64,000 bases of DNA, from contig OZ024740.1 in the NCBI GenBank assembly GCA_964016885.1, forward strand, positions 388,616,001 to 388,680,000, in the 5' to 3' direction. A program made the translations under genes and the position numbers. Source of the DNA: Eledone cirrhosa. Its lineage: Eukaryota. Shown in pieces: positions 41,543 to 55,796 of this stretch (positions are counted from its first letter, which is position 1; the number at the start of each line of letters is the position of its first letter). Below the pieces are notes generated by a model, which worked only from the letters and a program-made list of their open reading frames with translations, had not been told where the DNA came from and made no database searches.

Positions 41543-42140
41543 ACTAGCAGTGGTACCCGGCGTTGCACAGGATAAGGTATTTTGGAACGCGGGCCGCCAA
41601 TAGACCTAAAAACTGCTTGCCTGGACAATATGTAAAGAAAATAAACCGAATACTCTGATGGCTGGATAATCTTTAAGATATTCCTCGATGAAGCAGGAAA
41701 AATGCAGGTTTTCACTTAGGGGATCAAGAAAATGAATTTTTTATGTGCATAATATGCCTTGAAATTTCGGGAAAATTGGCTAGACGTAACGCCTCCAAAA
41801 AGCCCTAAGAAGCTGAAAAAATGAAGTTTTTCACCTAACGCGGGCCCTAGGCCACAAGAAAGTTGGATTTTTTCTTTGCTTATGGTTTGAAGAAGAGACA
41901 GACTAATACATAGTTACAATTTCAATGAAATTGGTCTGACGTAACGCCTCAAAAAACCTCTAAAAATGTTAAACAACGCAGTTTTTAACCTAATGCGGGC
42001 CCTAGGAGATGAAAAAAAAGTTGAATGTGCATAACACTCCCTGAAACATAAGTAATACACATATAAAGTTTGGCAGGATTGTTGAACGCAATATAAGAAA
42101 TAATGAAAGGTTTCTAGGAGAACCTTTCCTGTATACATGT
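41543..42140 (+). mobile_element. Non-autonomous Helitron/Helentron-like repeat
   Basis: Starts ACTAGCAGTGGTACCCGGCGTTGCAC, a head typical of invertebrate non-autonomous Helitron-like elements; internal subrepeats aaatttc..gaaattgg..gacgtaacgcctc at ~41762 and ~41918. Confidence 0.45.
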
Positions 42141-42877
42141 AAGAATATATACATAAGTATACAATCTATGATCTGTACGATGCTGATGTATTTTGAGGGG
42201 GGGTGAAAGTTAGTTGCAAGATTCGATTCCCTTGAATTGATGAATATTGCTGAATAAAATACAATGTACTCAAACGGATTGGTTGAGCTAAATGAACAAA
42301 TTGCAGGACCGGTCAGTGCTGTGAATTAAATGACAACTTTCCAGGCATTATAGGACATAAGAAATTTCGATCCCTTTCATATCGAGTGTCCATAACTTCT
42401 TGCCTCTAAATTTACTTCGCTGTTAATAAAGTGCCTTCGAATAATTCTCATGGTGCGAAAATAGTGAAGTTTGCCCTTAAATAATTTAGAAATCTGTCAG
42501 GAAATATACAAATAAATTATATGATGTATAAAGAAGAAAATGTGACGTTTTCAATTTCTTTCTCAGATAACATATTTGGTTCAAAATACTATAATAACTG
42601 ACATGACTACTCTAACTATTTGCAATGTCTGTTGCACTTCTTGGATGCAATCAATATTTTCAGCTTTTCTGTCAGGTGGCAGAATAAACAAATTTCAGAA
42701 AAAAAAACATGGCAAAGTGTAGACTTTCGACTACCTGGGTTCAAAACTGACACAACTTGGACAATACATTTAGTTGTATATAATAATGATATATACACGT
42801 GCACTGAAATATGCATTCAAACACCAACACACGCACCACGCACACACAAGCTTGTATATATATATATATATAGTAAT

Positions 42878-43200
42878 TTCCGTTCATTGCCAGAGAACAT
42901 CTCTATGAACCACCTAAGAAAACATTAGTCTACGACTTCTTTTATACCATAAACGTGGTTTTGTCTTTGCGTGTAATTGTTTTTCACCGCTCCTATTAAT
43001 GACGTATTATATTCGTTTTTTCCCGTTCTTTGCCAGGGAACGTTTCCACGAACCAAATTATCGTCTTCCTGTCTTCCTCCGGTTGCAACGTTTTTTGAAA
43101 TATTCACTTCTGCGTTCACAGATTGACTTTGTTAGTTTCAGAAGATCCCGTTAAGGGTGAAAGCAGCCATTCTTTGCTTAAACTTTAATCTGTTATTTTT
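42878..43200 (+). mobile_element. Family B pLTR without tail; U4A hammerhead-like motif at 43118-43193
   Basis: Homologous to 27135-27455; in (TA)n. Confidence 0.8.
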
Positions 43201-43216
43201 ATATATATATATATAT

Positions 43217-43408
43217 ATAGGAACGAGTAGGACCCCGGCGGCTGAGCTCAAGCCGTTTCGACGGCTAATCCAGTCCAGAATTAGCCGTCGAAACGGCTTG
43301 AGCTCAGCCGTCGGGGTCCTACTCGTTCCTATTACCCACTCTACTACCCTAAGTATTGAGTACTTTGGTGCGTTATGGTCCACCTGGTTCCTTACCACAT
43401 TTCCTCCG

Positions 43409-43411
<3 letters not shown>
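43217..43411 (+). mobile_element. Family D insertion (hairpin + tail)
   Basis: Inverted repeat 43217-43269/43280-43332, GAAA..GTC at 43290-43312, tail to 43411. Confidence 0.75.
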
Positions 43412-43485
<74 letters not shown>

Positions 43486-43491
<6 letters not shown>

Positions 43492-43760
43492 CAACCGGCG
43501 GCCTCAGTCTAAATGGACTCAACAATTGATCTCCACGTGGGTCTGTCGTTCATTGCCGTTGCCAAGCCTGGATTTCAATATCAGAATATGACATCGGGGT
43601 AGGAGAGCTTGCGCCCCCTGTTATTAGTGAATGCTTGTGATTTCCAAAGCACTAATGGGAACACAGCCTCGTAGGTGGCACGAACGGTACAGTATTTGGA
43701 AGGAATATATTAGTTTAACGCTTGAAATACCTGGAAAAGGGTTTCGGACGCTAATCCTTC
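43486..43760 (-). mobile_element. RTE/RTEX-like LINE 3' end with (GAT)n tail
   Basis: Minus-strand remnants LVLWK..., LSYPDVI..., AMNDRPTWRSIVESI. Confidence 0.6.
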
Positions 43761-43977
43761 ACCAGGGGAAATAATGAGAAATTAGAAAGATTGAGGTAAC
43801 GGTCAGGGCGGAATCGGAATAAAAAATGTTCGCAAAAAATAACAGGTCCATTCCTGATGCATGCTTGTGTGTGTTTGTGTTGGAATGCATGTGTCAGTGC
43901 ACGCGTATATATTTTTATTATATAGAAGTGAACGTATATTCGAAATTTTGTGCGTGTACATATATATATATATGTGT

Positions 43978-44065
<88 letters not shown>

Positions 44066-44806
44066 ATAGTGATAGTTTGATACTTCTAAATATATCACTA
44101 TGAAGATGACTAACTCCTTATATTAAGAGTAAAGGTTCGTCACTATGCCGAATACAAATAGTACTGCAAGAATTTACTATTGGTTTCGTTGTTTCAATAT
44201 GCTGTAGCACTTTGTATTATTATTATATTGTTCCCACATAATCACCATAATTATCCGAATACCATAGATAATTGGCAAGATGCATGGATATTTGAACATA
44301 TTTTAAATGGTTTCAAGATTTAATGATCGATGTTCATATTGGAAAAAATAGGCTTTATTATTAGCAGGTAATTTATTAATTGCAAAATATGATAGAATTC
44401 TCTCCTCTTTGACATATCTTTAACATTTTAACATTTTTATAGCTCTGCATTTTGTTATGTCACTCAATAATGCCAATAGTTCATCCATCTGTCATAACTA
44501 CAGTTATTTTCATTAATCAAACTCTTTTATCTATTAATTTACCTGGACGTGTAGTCGAGAGCTAATTAATTCGAAATAATAACTGAAATTCTGTTTAATA
44601 GAGTATAACGTGCGACAGTCGGGGTTATTGTTAATTGCATTAGTATATATCTGGTCAGACTAAATTTCAAAAAAGATATTTGTTTCTCTAAAGTCCGTCC
44701 GTTCGTCTGTCCGTCTATCTACCTAGCTAGCTTCCTACATACATACCTACTTAACTATACCCATTTAATTTGTTCAGTCTCTCACTAACTCTCTCTTTCT
44801 CTCTCG

Positions 44807-44882
<76 letters not shown>

Positions 44883-44894
44883 TTATCGTGATAT

Positions 44895-45426
44895 TTCGCT
44901 GCTTATAACAATCTTTCCTCTTTCTCTGTTTGGTTGAGCACACTTCTCTGAGTGGTTTTGGGCTGCCCTTTCTAGCAGCTCATCCCTCAGAGGCCACTGG
45001 TTCACTGCCCTTAAAAACGCTGTGACTTCTAACTCCCACGTGTAGCTGGACAGTCATTTTAAAATTCTCTTAGTGTTGTCTGAAATGTATAGCCTTACAC
45101 TTGCTGAAGAACCGGGGTTATTCTATTTCTGTCAACAACTTACTGGCGAAAAAGATCTCTTTGGATTTGTACGTGTGTTATATAGTTATAGAGGTATTTA
45201 TTTACGCTTTAATTTATATTTTTAATTATCGTGTCTATAGTCTGCCTTTCATAGGTTATAGATTCCATACACTGGTGGTTTTTCCCTGTTTTATTGATAC
45301 TGCACTCTATCTCTCTCTAGTGTGTTACCTTTTCAACATATTGTATTTTAAAGAGCTCAGGATTTCCTCACCTTTGAGCACATTATTTACAAGGAATGGC
45401 GAGAGTCTATGGCTCCGTTAATTTAT

Positions 45427-45431
<5 letters not shown>
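44895..45431 (+). mobile_element. Probable PLE 3' fragment with a degenerate hammerhead (45099-45165)
   Basis: CTGAAGA-a ccgg..ctgg c-GAAA-aagatctc-TT with weak stem I; flanked by the 14-bp direct repeat atttatcgtgatat (44881, 45421); ends in (TA)n. Confidence 0.4.
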
Positions 45432-46186
<755 letters not shown>

Positions 46187-46948
46187 TATATATAGAGTTA
46201 TAAACTCAAACAGTCTTTTACAATTAAATAGCTCAAAGAAAGAGGTATTCCTGAGCCGTGAAATACAGATTAATATAAATTAATATATGATAAGCACTAA
46301 TACAATTATATAAGTGTTTGTATTGCAAATTACCAAGTTAGCTAGATAGAAAAATACTAATTAAATTAATACAGTTTGCCTGTCTCGATTTAAAATAATA
46401 AATCAATAAAAACAAACCCATATTGGCAATAGCCGTGATACCTGGACAAATTTAAATTTCAAAACCCAAACCTGTTTGAGTTTATAACTCTATATATAGT
46501 ATTAACGGCTCCTTTTGTTGAGCTAAATTTTAGTCCCATAAAAACGGCTGTTATTTCTAGCAGCACGAGTATAGGACTAGCTAGGCGCTGAAAAACCATG
46601 TGCGTTAAACACTTGCTTATCAGTCCTCCTAAGTATTTTGAGGTGAAACATACCAATTTTCTGGATACCTGCAGAAAAGCACAGAAATTGAATTTTTCAC
46701 TTTTTCACTTATCGTTGCGAAACGAATTTGGGTTTTGAAATTTAAATTTGTCTGCGGAACAGGTTTGGGTTTTGAAATTTAAATTTGTCCAGGTATCACG
46801 GCTATTGCCAATATGGGTATGTTTTTATTGATTTATTATTTTAAATCGAGACAGGCAAACTGTATTAATTTAATTAGTATTTTTCATTTGCAATACAAAC
46901 ACTTATATAATTGTATTAGTGTTTATCATATATTAATTTATATTAATT

Positions 46949-47048
<100 letters not shown>

Positions 47049-47149
47049 CATATATATATATACACACACACATATATATATACACATGAAGGAGAGAGAC
47101 GGTTTTATGCGTTCATCTTTTGTTTAAATGCTAGACTTTCTGAATGTAC

Positions 47150-47750
47150 TGGCCAAACATTCTCTGGAGGTTCGCTTACGCATCAACATCTCCAAAACAA
47201 AGTGTATGACAATTAATAAAAACAATGCCAATCTCCAACTCACAATCAATCTATAATCAGTAAATTGTTCAAGTTACGGAGTTTGTATATCTCAGTCACA
47301 AACTATCATCAAAGAACAATGGAATGGTTGCTGCGCAGTATCGCATCGCTCTAGGTTGAACAGCTTTCAACAAAATCAAGGAAGTACTAACATCAAAACG
47401 AATTTCCTATCATTTGAATCAATACTTACATCATACCAGTTGTGTTATATGGTCTTGACTGTGTTAATTGGACAAGAACCACATCATGAGATTTATGACT
47501 GGCAAGTGGCTCAGCGACCGTATCGGTATCAGTGAGTTACTCAACATTACCAAACTTAGACCAATTACATCAATTGTGAAGTCAAGAGTACTCACACTAT
47601 ACGGTCATATAAAAAGATCGACTCATGGTCTATGCCTGGAAGGAAGGTTGGCTGGTAGCAGAAGCAAATGTCGGCAACCAAAACGGCGGCTTGATAATGT
47701 CAATCTATGGACTGGACTTGATCTTTGCTCTGAACTCTGCTGTTGGTGAT
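47150..47750 (+). mobile_element. Degraded LINE RT C-terminal fragment
   Basis: [64 protein letters not shown]. Confidence 0.7.
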
Positions 47751-48130
47751 CGAACTTTGTGGTGAAAAATATCTCATGTTGATGCGCAGTCTGAAACCGG
47801 CGATGTTTAGCGAAAAAAAAAGGAATGAAGTAAATAGATGTACACATAAAACCGTATCTGTTTTCATACTATTGAAACTCAGGTTGATACCTTATCGCTA
47901 ACATTCTAAGGAATACAAATCGTAGAGTGCTTTACATCTGTTTACAAAATAGGTCGGCGGATTATTTCATTAATTGAATAGTATATATATATATTGAATT
48001 TACTTTGAAAGATTTCTTATATGAAAGCGTATGTTGAAACAGATATTCTATAATTCTATGAGATAAAAATTATATCCACACACACAGAAAATATGCAATT
48101 CTCAGACAAAATACATATATATATATATAT

Positions 48131-48343
48131 AGTAATAATGATAAATTTGAAGACTAAAATCCAAAGAGGGCTCGATAAGGATAAATATATATCAAATATA
48201 TATACCCTAGAGCAAGTATTTATTAAAATAACAGATTAAAGTTTAAGCAAAGAATCGCTGCTTTCACCCTTAACGGGATCTTCTGAAACTAAAAAAATCA
48301 ATCTGTGAAAGCAGAAGTAAATATTTCAAAAATCGTTGCAATC

Positions 48344-48345
<2 letters not shown>
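48131..48345 (-). mobile_element. Family B pLTR + tail; U4A hammerhead-like motif at 48231-48306
   Basis: Reverse complement of 27335-27549. Confidence 0.8.
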
Positions 48346-48410
<65 letters not shown>

Positions 48411-48979
48411 TGTGTGTGTGTGTATTGAATTTGTTTTGCAAGATTTTTTATATGAATACGTATGTTGAAACAGATATTCCATAGTTCTATGAGATAAAAA
48501 TTATATCCACACACACAGAAGAGATGCAATGCTCAGACAAAATACAAACAGAGGTGACACACATAAACGAACTCCAACCAAAATTAAACAGAAAACACGA
48601 GAGGAATAGCAACGTCACGACTAAATAATTAAGGACAAAATGAAGACACAAACAAAAACCAAACTAATAAAACAAACCAGATACACACAGACATAACAAA
48701 CAACCAACTAGGGACGAGTGAATAAACACATAAATAAATAACGTATCTGCAAACCAAGCACACAGCACACAACACACTAAAACAAGAAGGTGTAGGACAG
48801 AACAAAGGAGAGACACAGTCCCTCAGGAGGTCACAGAATGCGTGACGAAAGAGTTTTGACAATATATAAACAACCATTCGGTTATCGAACCAGCCAATCA
48901 ACTGGAAATTTATAATAAATTGAAGTGAAAACCAACAGGTGCGTGTGATCTTATTGGCAGAATGACCCTCCCAAAGTAT

Positions 48980-49007
<28 letters not shown>

Positions 49008-49012
<5 letters not shown>

Positions 49013-49885
49013 GAAAAAAAATGAAATCGAAAATGCAACTGGAGTCTTATTTTAAATATATATATTTATTTGGTTCCTTTACCGGTTTCGCAGTTCTTCT
49101 GCTTTTCAAAAGTAGAGTTGCGATAGAGGGTATGTGGTTTTTTCTCTCACACACACACACACACACACAAGCACACAAATAAACATACATACCTTTATTT
49201 TCTTTATTCAATAGAAAATCTGAATTGTGACACCCCAGCCAACTAACCATATTCACTGAACCAAAACAATTCTCCCATCCAATTTCTCTTGACCATTATC
49301 TTTTTCTTGTCATAAAATTCTCTAAAAAGGCTAAAGAATAGATTTCCAAATAAGGGCGCAAAAATTTAATGAAAACTTGTTCACGTGACAGCCATAATTT
49401 CATTTATAACCAATCAAATTACGTTTATTAAAAAAAGCCTTCGTGAGCCCCTTTTTTAAGTAAAAAGAAATTCAAATACTCATATATGAAAAAACAACCT
49501 GTGCCCCCCCCCCTTGTTTGAAGAACTTAGTAACGCGAACTGGCGCGAAATTTATTTTAATTATTGACCAACCAATCAAATTACTTCTCTAAAAACCTGG
49601 CATTTCGAGCCACTATTTTCCATATAAAACAAGTAACATTCAGAGACCAACCAGATGTGAGAAAAACCAGATGTGAGAAAAACCACAGACCCTCCATCTC
49701 AACTCTACTTTTGAAAAGCAGAAGAACTGCGAAACCGGTAAAGGAACCAAATATATATATATATATATTTTTTTTTAAATAAGACTCCAGTTGCATTTTC
49801 GATTTCATCTTTTTTTCTTTATACTTTCACTCGTGTAGGACACCTCGGTTATTTTTCATTTTGTAAAAAACCCCTCACTTTCTAA
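49008..49885 (+). mobile_element. PLE 3' fragment: inverted pLTR + UTR + pLTR + tail
   Basis: 49008-49150 is the reverse complement of 49673-49823; tail 49824-49885; (TA)n flanks. Confidence 0.8.
49708..49743 (+). ncRNA. Minimal hammerhead with U3-A8 core; mirror at 49077-49112 (-)
   Basis: ctt-TTGAAAA-gcag aagaa ctgc-GAAA CCGG TA-aag. Confidence 0.65.
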
Positions 49886-49898
49886 TATATATATATAT

Positions 49899-50642
49899 AT
49901 GAAAGACGTAAAATAAGAAAATTTTAAAAATTAAAAATTAACTTACTTACTAAAATTTTCACTCCAACTAATTAGTTTCTGTAATGGGATAAAGATAGTT
50001 ACGCAATGTAACCATCGAGAATTCATTACGTCATCAGGGAGTCTATTCTCAGCTAAGTCTCCAGGCAATGTGCGGACACTAGGGACTCATATAAAAATAA
50101 TAATAATTCGGTGGATGGAACAGCTAGCGGGGACTAAATTCCAAAGCACTGAAAAAGTTCACTGTCTCTGGTCAAATGGCAGATTCTAAAGAATCAATCA
50201 CGTGACACTGAGGCTAGTCGGAAGAAGTGGGGTGGTAAAATGACAAAAGCCTACTACCACTACAATGAGTTAGTAGTGGATTTGGCAGGTTTGCTCAACA
50301 AATAAATAATTTGGAGATAAATATAGAGAATTAGTATATTTACCAACATATGCGTACAGATGTACACTAATGCTAGCAAATACATAAGTTATGTCATAGT
50401 ACCTAGGTGGTTCAATGCAGGAGGATGCAGAACAATTATATGAAAGACGTAAAATAAGAAAATTTTAAAAATTAAAAATTAACTTACTAAAATTTTCACT
50501 CCAATTTTCTTATTTTACGTCTTTCATATAATTGTTCTGCATCCTCCTGCATTGAACCACCTAGGTACTATGACATAACTTATGTATTTGCTAGCATTAG
50601 TGTACATCTGTACGCATATGTTGGTAAATATACTAATTCTCT
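49899..50642. mobile_element. Complex PLE pLTR/tail insertion (direct + inverted segments)
   Basis: 49899-49967 is repeated at 50438-50504; 50331-50463 is inverted at 50503-50642; a related tail lies at 24710-24840. Confidence 0.75.
49961..50042 (-). ncRNA. Type I hammerhead ribozyme (canonical CUGAUGA)
   Basis: Minus strand: actcc-CTGATGA-c gtaatg..gatggttac attgc gtaactatc..cattac a-GAAAC TAATTA GTT-ggagt. Confidence 0.85.
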
Positions 50643-50978
50643 CTCTCTCTATATATATATATATGCATAGGTGTGTGTATTTATATGGATATGGATATAA
50701 GCCATAAGCGTATATATTTGCGAATGTATATGTGTCTATGTATACAAGGATATATATTTGGGTGTCTGTATATATGATTATATATAAACGTGTGTATAAA
50801 TGTGTATACCTGCGTGGGCTGATATACTTCTGTGTGTATATATCTCTGAGCATGTAAGTGTAAATTTAAAGGCTTTAAAAAACAGGGGGCACACAAGTTT
50901 ATAATATCTACTCCCTCAATGATCATCAATATATCAATTCTAATGCATTTATTAACTCCACTCTCAAATTTTAAACTC

Positions 50979-51600
50979 TCTTCTTCTTCTTCTTCTTCTT
51001 CTTCTTCTTCTTCTTCAGAAGGTCGTGGGGACAGAGTCGTCAAATATTCCTTCCAGTGGTTCCTGTCAGAAGCAGCCGTCTCCAACTGAATCTCCAATCA
51101 AGACCAGCCCAGTTCATGGATGATATCCAACCAGCTTGCTTAGGGTCTACCCGGGTCTCCTCCCGGTTGGTTTTGCCCGTCAAATCTGTCCAGCGGTTCT
51201 TTCCTGGTAAAGGTTGGCTCGAATGCCGAATTGAAGAAAGCGAGTTTGGCTTTTACACCTACGTCCCTTCTTCAGATTACCGAATGCTGAAGCTGGCGCA
51301 TTACTGCAGTAGCTCCTGCAATTCTTGCACTTAATTCAGCCCCCTGCCTTCCATCATTCATGAACACAGCCACGAGATATTTGAACTTCTTGGAGGAGCT
51401 TCACACACATGTAGAGATTGGGGGAGTACTGCCTCGAGGTGTATTCTTGCTTTGTGGACCCCGAAAAGGCATATATCCACATTCCATGGTGTGGAAGGTT
51501 CTACAGGAGTATAGGCTCGATGATCAGCTTCTTGTTGCCCTAATCTCTCGAAACGAATGACAGAGTAATTGTTTCCAGATAAATGATGCTAAATTGTGCC
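50979..51600 (-). mobile_element. RTE (Rex3/Expander-like) LINE fragment with (GAA)n tail and 5' inversion
   Basis: Minus strand: KFKYL..FMNDG..ELSARIAGA, AASDRNHW, (GAA)n. Plus strand 51400-51600: EYCLEVYSCFVDPEKAY..VWKVLQEYRLDDQLLVAL (RT motif A). Confidence 0.75.
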
Positions 51601-52057
51601 CTATTCCATATCATTATGTATTTAATAGTATCATGCTTATATATCTTTAAATTCTGTATGCGCAAAATATTTAATAAATTCTGTTAATCATATAATCTAT
51701 CTGAACTACATAGATACTTTGATAAAAAATATTTCTAAAATCAATACTTTCCCAGCTCAACTGACGATAACTGACTCAATACGGATACATTTAGCACTTA
51801 GATTTATTCTCTTCAATCATTCATATTTTCTATATCTTTCACCTTCCTTCTTCCTCCCACCAATGATTCGAACCAGAAGTATGTATAGAGGCTGGGCGAA
51901 CAGTGACACATTATGCCTCTGCATAGGCTTAAGGAACACACGCTTTGTTGAATTATCACAGCTGTGTTGCAAAATAATAAATAAGTTGACACACACACAA
52001 ATATATATATTGTATATGTGTGCATGTACGTGTTTTTTTTTTGTGTGAATGCGTGTA

Positions 52058-52183
52058 GGCGGCGAATTGGCAGAGTTACTAGAACGTTGGAAAGTATGCT
52101 TTGCGGTTTTCATTTCGGTTCTCTACTTTCTGAGTGCAAATCCCACCGAAGTCCACTTTGCCTTTCATATATTTGAGGTCGAT
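52058..52183 (+). mobile_element. Diverged, 3'-truncated tRNA-derived SINE
   Basis: ggcggcgaattggcagag...ctgagtgcaaatcccaccgaagtccactttgcctttcat. Confidence 0.75.
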
Positions 52184-52214
52184 TCTTCCTCTATATCTCT
52201 TACTTACTTCCATT

Positions 52215-52530
52215 CTGTCACTCTTTTTCCTTCACTGGAAGAAAACTCTTGTATTCAGACCTGGAGATATTTGGGCTCCCCTAAGTTAAAAAATGCCCTA
52301 GAAACGCCGTATATCAATACGTTGCCTTGCCCCTTGTTATTTTTATCTAAAGACATTTTTTCCAATTCCAACCCGCCCCTTCTCTCAATCTATCTTATTT
52401 CTCATTCTTTCTTCTAATGAAGGACTAGCGTCCGAAACGTTAAAACCCTCTTCCTGCTATATCAAGCGTTAACCTAATATATCCCTTCCATATACTGTAC
52501 CGATTATGTTGTTATTTCCGTTCACCTTTT
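52215..52530 (+). mobile_element. Decayed PLE 3' end with a mutated minimal hammerhead (52410-52446)
   Basis: CTAATGA-a ggac tagc gtcc-GAAACGTTA (G5A, predicted inactive) downstream of an EN C-terminus-like segment. Confidence 0.5.
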
Positions 52531-52556
52531 ACATGCATACATATATATATACTATA

Positions 52557-52633
52557 TAACGAAGGATGTGTGGTAAGGAACCAAACGGACCATAACGCAC
52601 CAGAGTACTCAATACCCCGTCGGGGTTAAACAT

Positions 52634-52637
<4 letters not shown>
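52557..52637 (-). mobile_element. Family D tail only
   Basis: Matches 2739-2797; GAGTACTC at 52603-52610. Confidence 0.65.
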
Positions 52638-52688
<51 letters not shown>

Positions 52689-53186
52689 GATCGTATCCTG
52701 CCCGCCTCTGAAAATATTACGCAACACATACAAACGGCTATTCCATAGCTGACTGGAACAGTCCATGCCCGTCATAAACATCATAACATCAATATTTACT
52801 GAACTTAGAAATAACACCGGCTCTGAGCAGGAGACTTAAGGCTAAAAAATTATATGGTGCTGAATGACCTGACGACAAGGTTTGGTGGCATGGGAGAGAA
52901 AGAGAAAGAGGACGAAAGAGAGAGATTAAGAAAAAAATATAGAAAAGGTAGGTGCTACTGAAAGCGTAAGTTGAAGTATATAAAGCTCATCAGGAAATGT
53001 TTCTTTTTTTTCCAATCATCACAAAATGTGGATAATTATTTCCCTTTAAGTTTCAAGTGTTTTAATTATTAGTAATGCATTTATTACAAAAACCTACTAA
53101 GAAAGCATTTTTATGTTTATAGAAAAGTTGCATAGAGGATTATTCATAATTATATGGAACTTACGAATACTGTGTTATTGTCATGT

Positions 53187-53284
53187 AATTGTTTCTACTT
53201 TTTGGCCCAAGGCCAGCAATTATCCCAGTGTATTACTGGTACTTTATTTTATCGACCCCGTAAGAATGAAAGGCAAAGTTAACC
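53187..53284 (-). mobile_element. 5'-truncated SINE with 12-bp TSD
   Basis: TSD ttgtcatgtaat at 53178-53189 and 53287-53298. Confidence 0.85.
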
Positions 53285-53600
53285 ATTTGTCATGTAATGT
53301 AATAGGTTTAGTAAACCGCAAAGATTGAATTAGAAAGCTAAGAATTCTTTAGAAATTTTCATGAAACGATATTCAATTACTAATTAGTATGTATTATGTA
53401 TAATAATATCGGAATATACGTTGCCAATAAGAAACACTAGCAATTTGAAAATAATTATCCAAACCTTGTGAAGACAGAAGAATATATATTCCTGCGGTAT
53501 GCAACAATAATTACTTCCTTGTTTTCATGTTTAGTTACTCTCTCCTGCTTTTCAAATATTTTTCACATTTTCGAGTTGTTTTCACTAAATACATCTTATG

Positions 53601-53714
<114 letters not shown>

Positions 53715-53744
53715 GAGTGCGTGTGTGTGAGTGTGTAAGTGTGA

Positions 53745-54620
53745 GTGTTTCAGGTCAACTATGGCGTTTGTTTTGACAATCAGCAATAAGAAGGCTGAGT
53801 TAGTACATCAACCAAAGCCAACACCCGTTAGATAAGTAGATGTTAAATAGACCACTGGGGTATGAGCATCCCCATGTTCTATCATTGTTGATGGCAAAAG
53901 ATCTGAAAAATGTGTAATCCTTTTCTTAACTTTATCCATCTGCATCCCTGGATCATGAGATTGTCAATCCAGTGTCCAAAGCAACTGACACCTTTGACAA
54001 AATTCATCATCGCTCAGAGTCGTGGACACTTTATCGCATCATATTTATAAGCTTGATGTCTTCCACAAACATTGTCTTCGATCTATCTGTGCTTATGCAC
54101 TTTCTGACAGCGTTTCCACTGGAGATCTATTCACGAGCTGCAATATCCGTGGTATTTAGTCAGTTCTAATGCAATATCAACTTAGATGGTGTAGTCATGC
54201 CCTACTGATGCCATGCCTGAGGGCCACACACAAAAGGTGTACTCTTATACAGTCAACTTCCTAATGATGCACCTAGACCATAATTCAGATATAAAGTCAA
54301 ACTGAAGTACAACCATAAATCTGTGAGCATACCTCTTATTTCTTTTAAAGCACTAGCTGCTGATCGTAGACAATGTAGAGGTAGCTGCCGTGAAGGTATA
54401 AAAAAACTTTGAAAAATATCATCTGGCCCATCTTCGTGATCTCAGATCTCATACCAAGATTCAATCAAACCGTCTATTCTACTCCACTCAAAATCTTCTC
54501 ATCTACACGAAATGTGGCTTCATAAGTAAATTAGCAGCTGGACTGAAGCCTGATTTAAGGCACAACTATAACAAATAGAGAAGGCTCTTGGTCCTGATAC
54601 ACCGAAATAAGCAAAGAGAT
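53745..54620 (+). mobile_element. Degraded RTE (BovB-like) LINE 3' part
   Basis: [19 protein letters not shown]...SKA..TF, ESWTLYR, LDVFH..CLRSI, QLRW..H. Confidence 0.7.
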
Positions 54621-54640
54621 TCCATTACATACATACATAC

Positions 54641-54960
54641 ATGATGGCAGCAAATTCTGCTAAGAGTACTGCGATTGATTGGAGGATTATAGAGTTTGGT
54701 GCACTTTTAGGCTACGACCAGTCACTCACACAAACCTGTAACATATCCTGAACAAGCAATGCCTGTGCTTTGAATGTTTTTTAAGTGGGGAAAGGGCTTG
54801 CACTTGACCAATCCACCATCTGAGCATCGAAAACACTAGCCAAAAAGGAGAACTGGTTAACATCATCGGATGCTTCCGAAGCCGCAGGGTTTTTTATCCA
54901 GAGTCTCCCTCTCCTAGAAAGGTGTTGTGACAACAACTGGGGGCCTTTCATTCCCAGGTG
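54641..54960 (-). mobile_element. Non-autonomous RTE-related SINE-like repeat
   Basis: Minus strand tctaggagagggagactctggataaaaaacc (RTE 5'-UTR-like motif) and CAT tail; homologue at 11950-12280. Confidence 0.5.
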
Positions 54961-55011
54961 AAAAAAAAGTACATACATACATATATACATATATACATAT
55001 ATATATATATA

Positions 55012-55796
55012 TAATTAGTTACAACAGTGACATATACAGGTACTTAAGTTTCGTTGGGTTATACACCCCCAACGCATTCAGCCTGTTATATAAATGTTTT
55101 TCTCAAGATGACTGAAGGTTGATTCGTGGTACAGATATCGTCTTCTGAACAGGCTCTCAGACATTGCGACGGATGCTCATACAGAAGGCCAGAGACATGC
55201 CCACTAGATCAACAGTGCAATATTCCAGCAGTGGTATATCAAGCGGAAGGGACCTTCGTCAACCAGACAATTAAACTGAAGCCTGGACTTCTGTCAGAAT
55301 GTCTGAGAGCCGGTTAAAAACCGATACCCGAATCACGAAATAACCTTCAGGGATGCTGACAAATATATGCCACCCAGCTCGCAAACCATGTGTGGAAATT
55401 AAAAAATAACGGCACAATATTTTTCCTGCTATATAACTCGGAAAGTGGAATATACTCTTACAACCAGCTTCAGAGAATCACTGCTGAAATACCAGCCCCA
55501 ACTGCTTTAGTCATTGTCCATACACATCGAAATTCATTCTGCGATAATGATATAGACGAGACTGACTGATAGACCTTAATTTTTATAGCTAAATTTGAAA
55601 ATACCTGCCCTTGAAGGACTCTCGTGTAATTTTTGAGATACCCCATATAAACATGTGGAGGTAGCCATTTTGATTTTATATAACGGGCTGAATGAGTTGG
55701 GGTGTATAGCCCAATGAAACTTAGTTATCTGTATATGTCACTGTTGTAACTAATTATACTTAACTCGTCCTATGTATATTCTACCAATCTTTTAGT

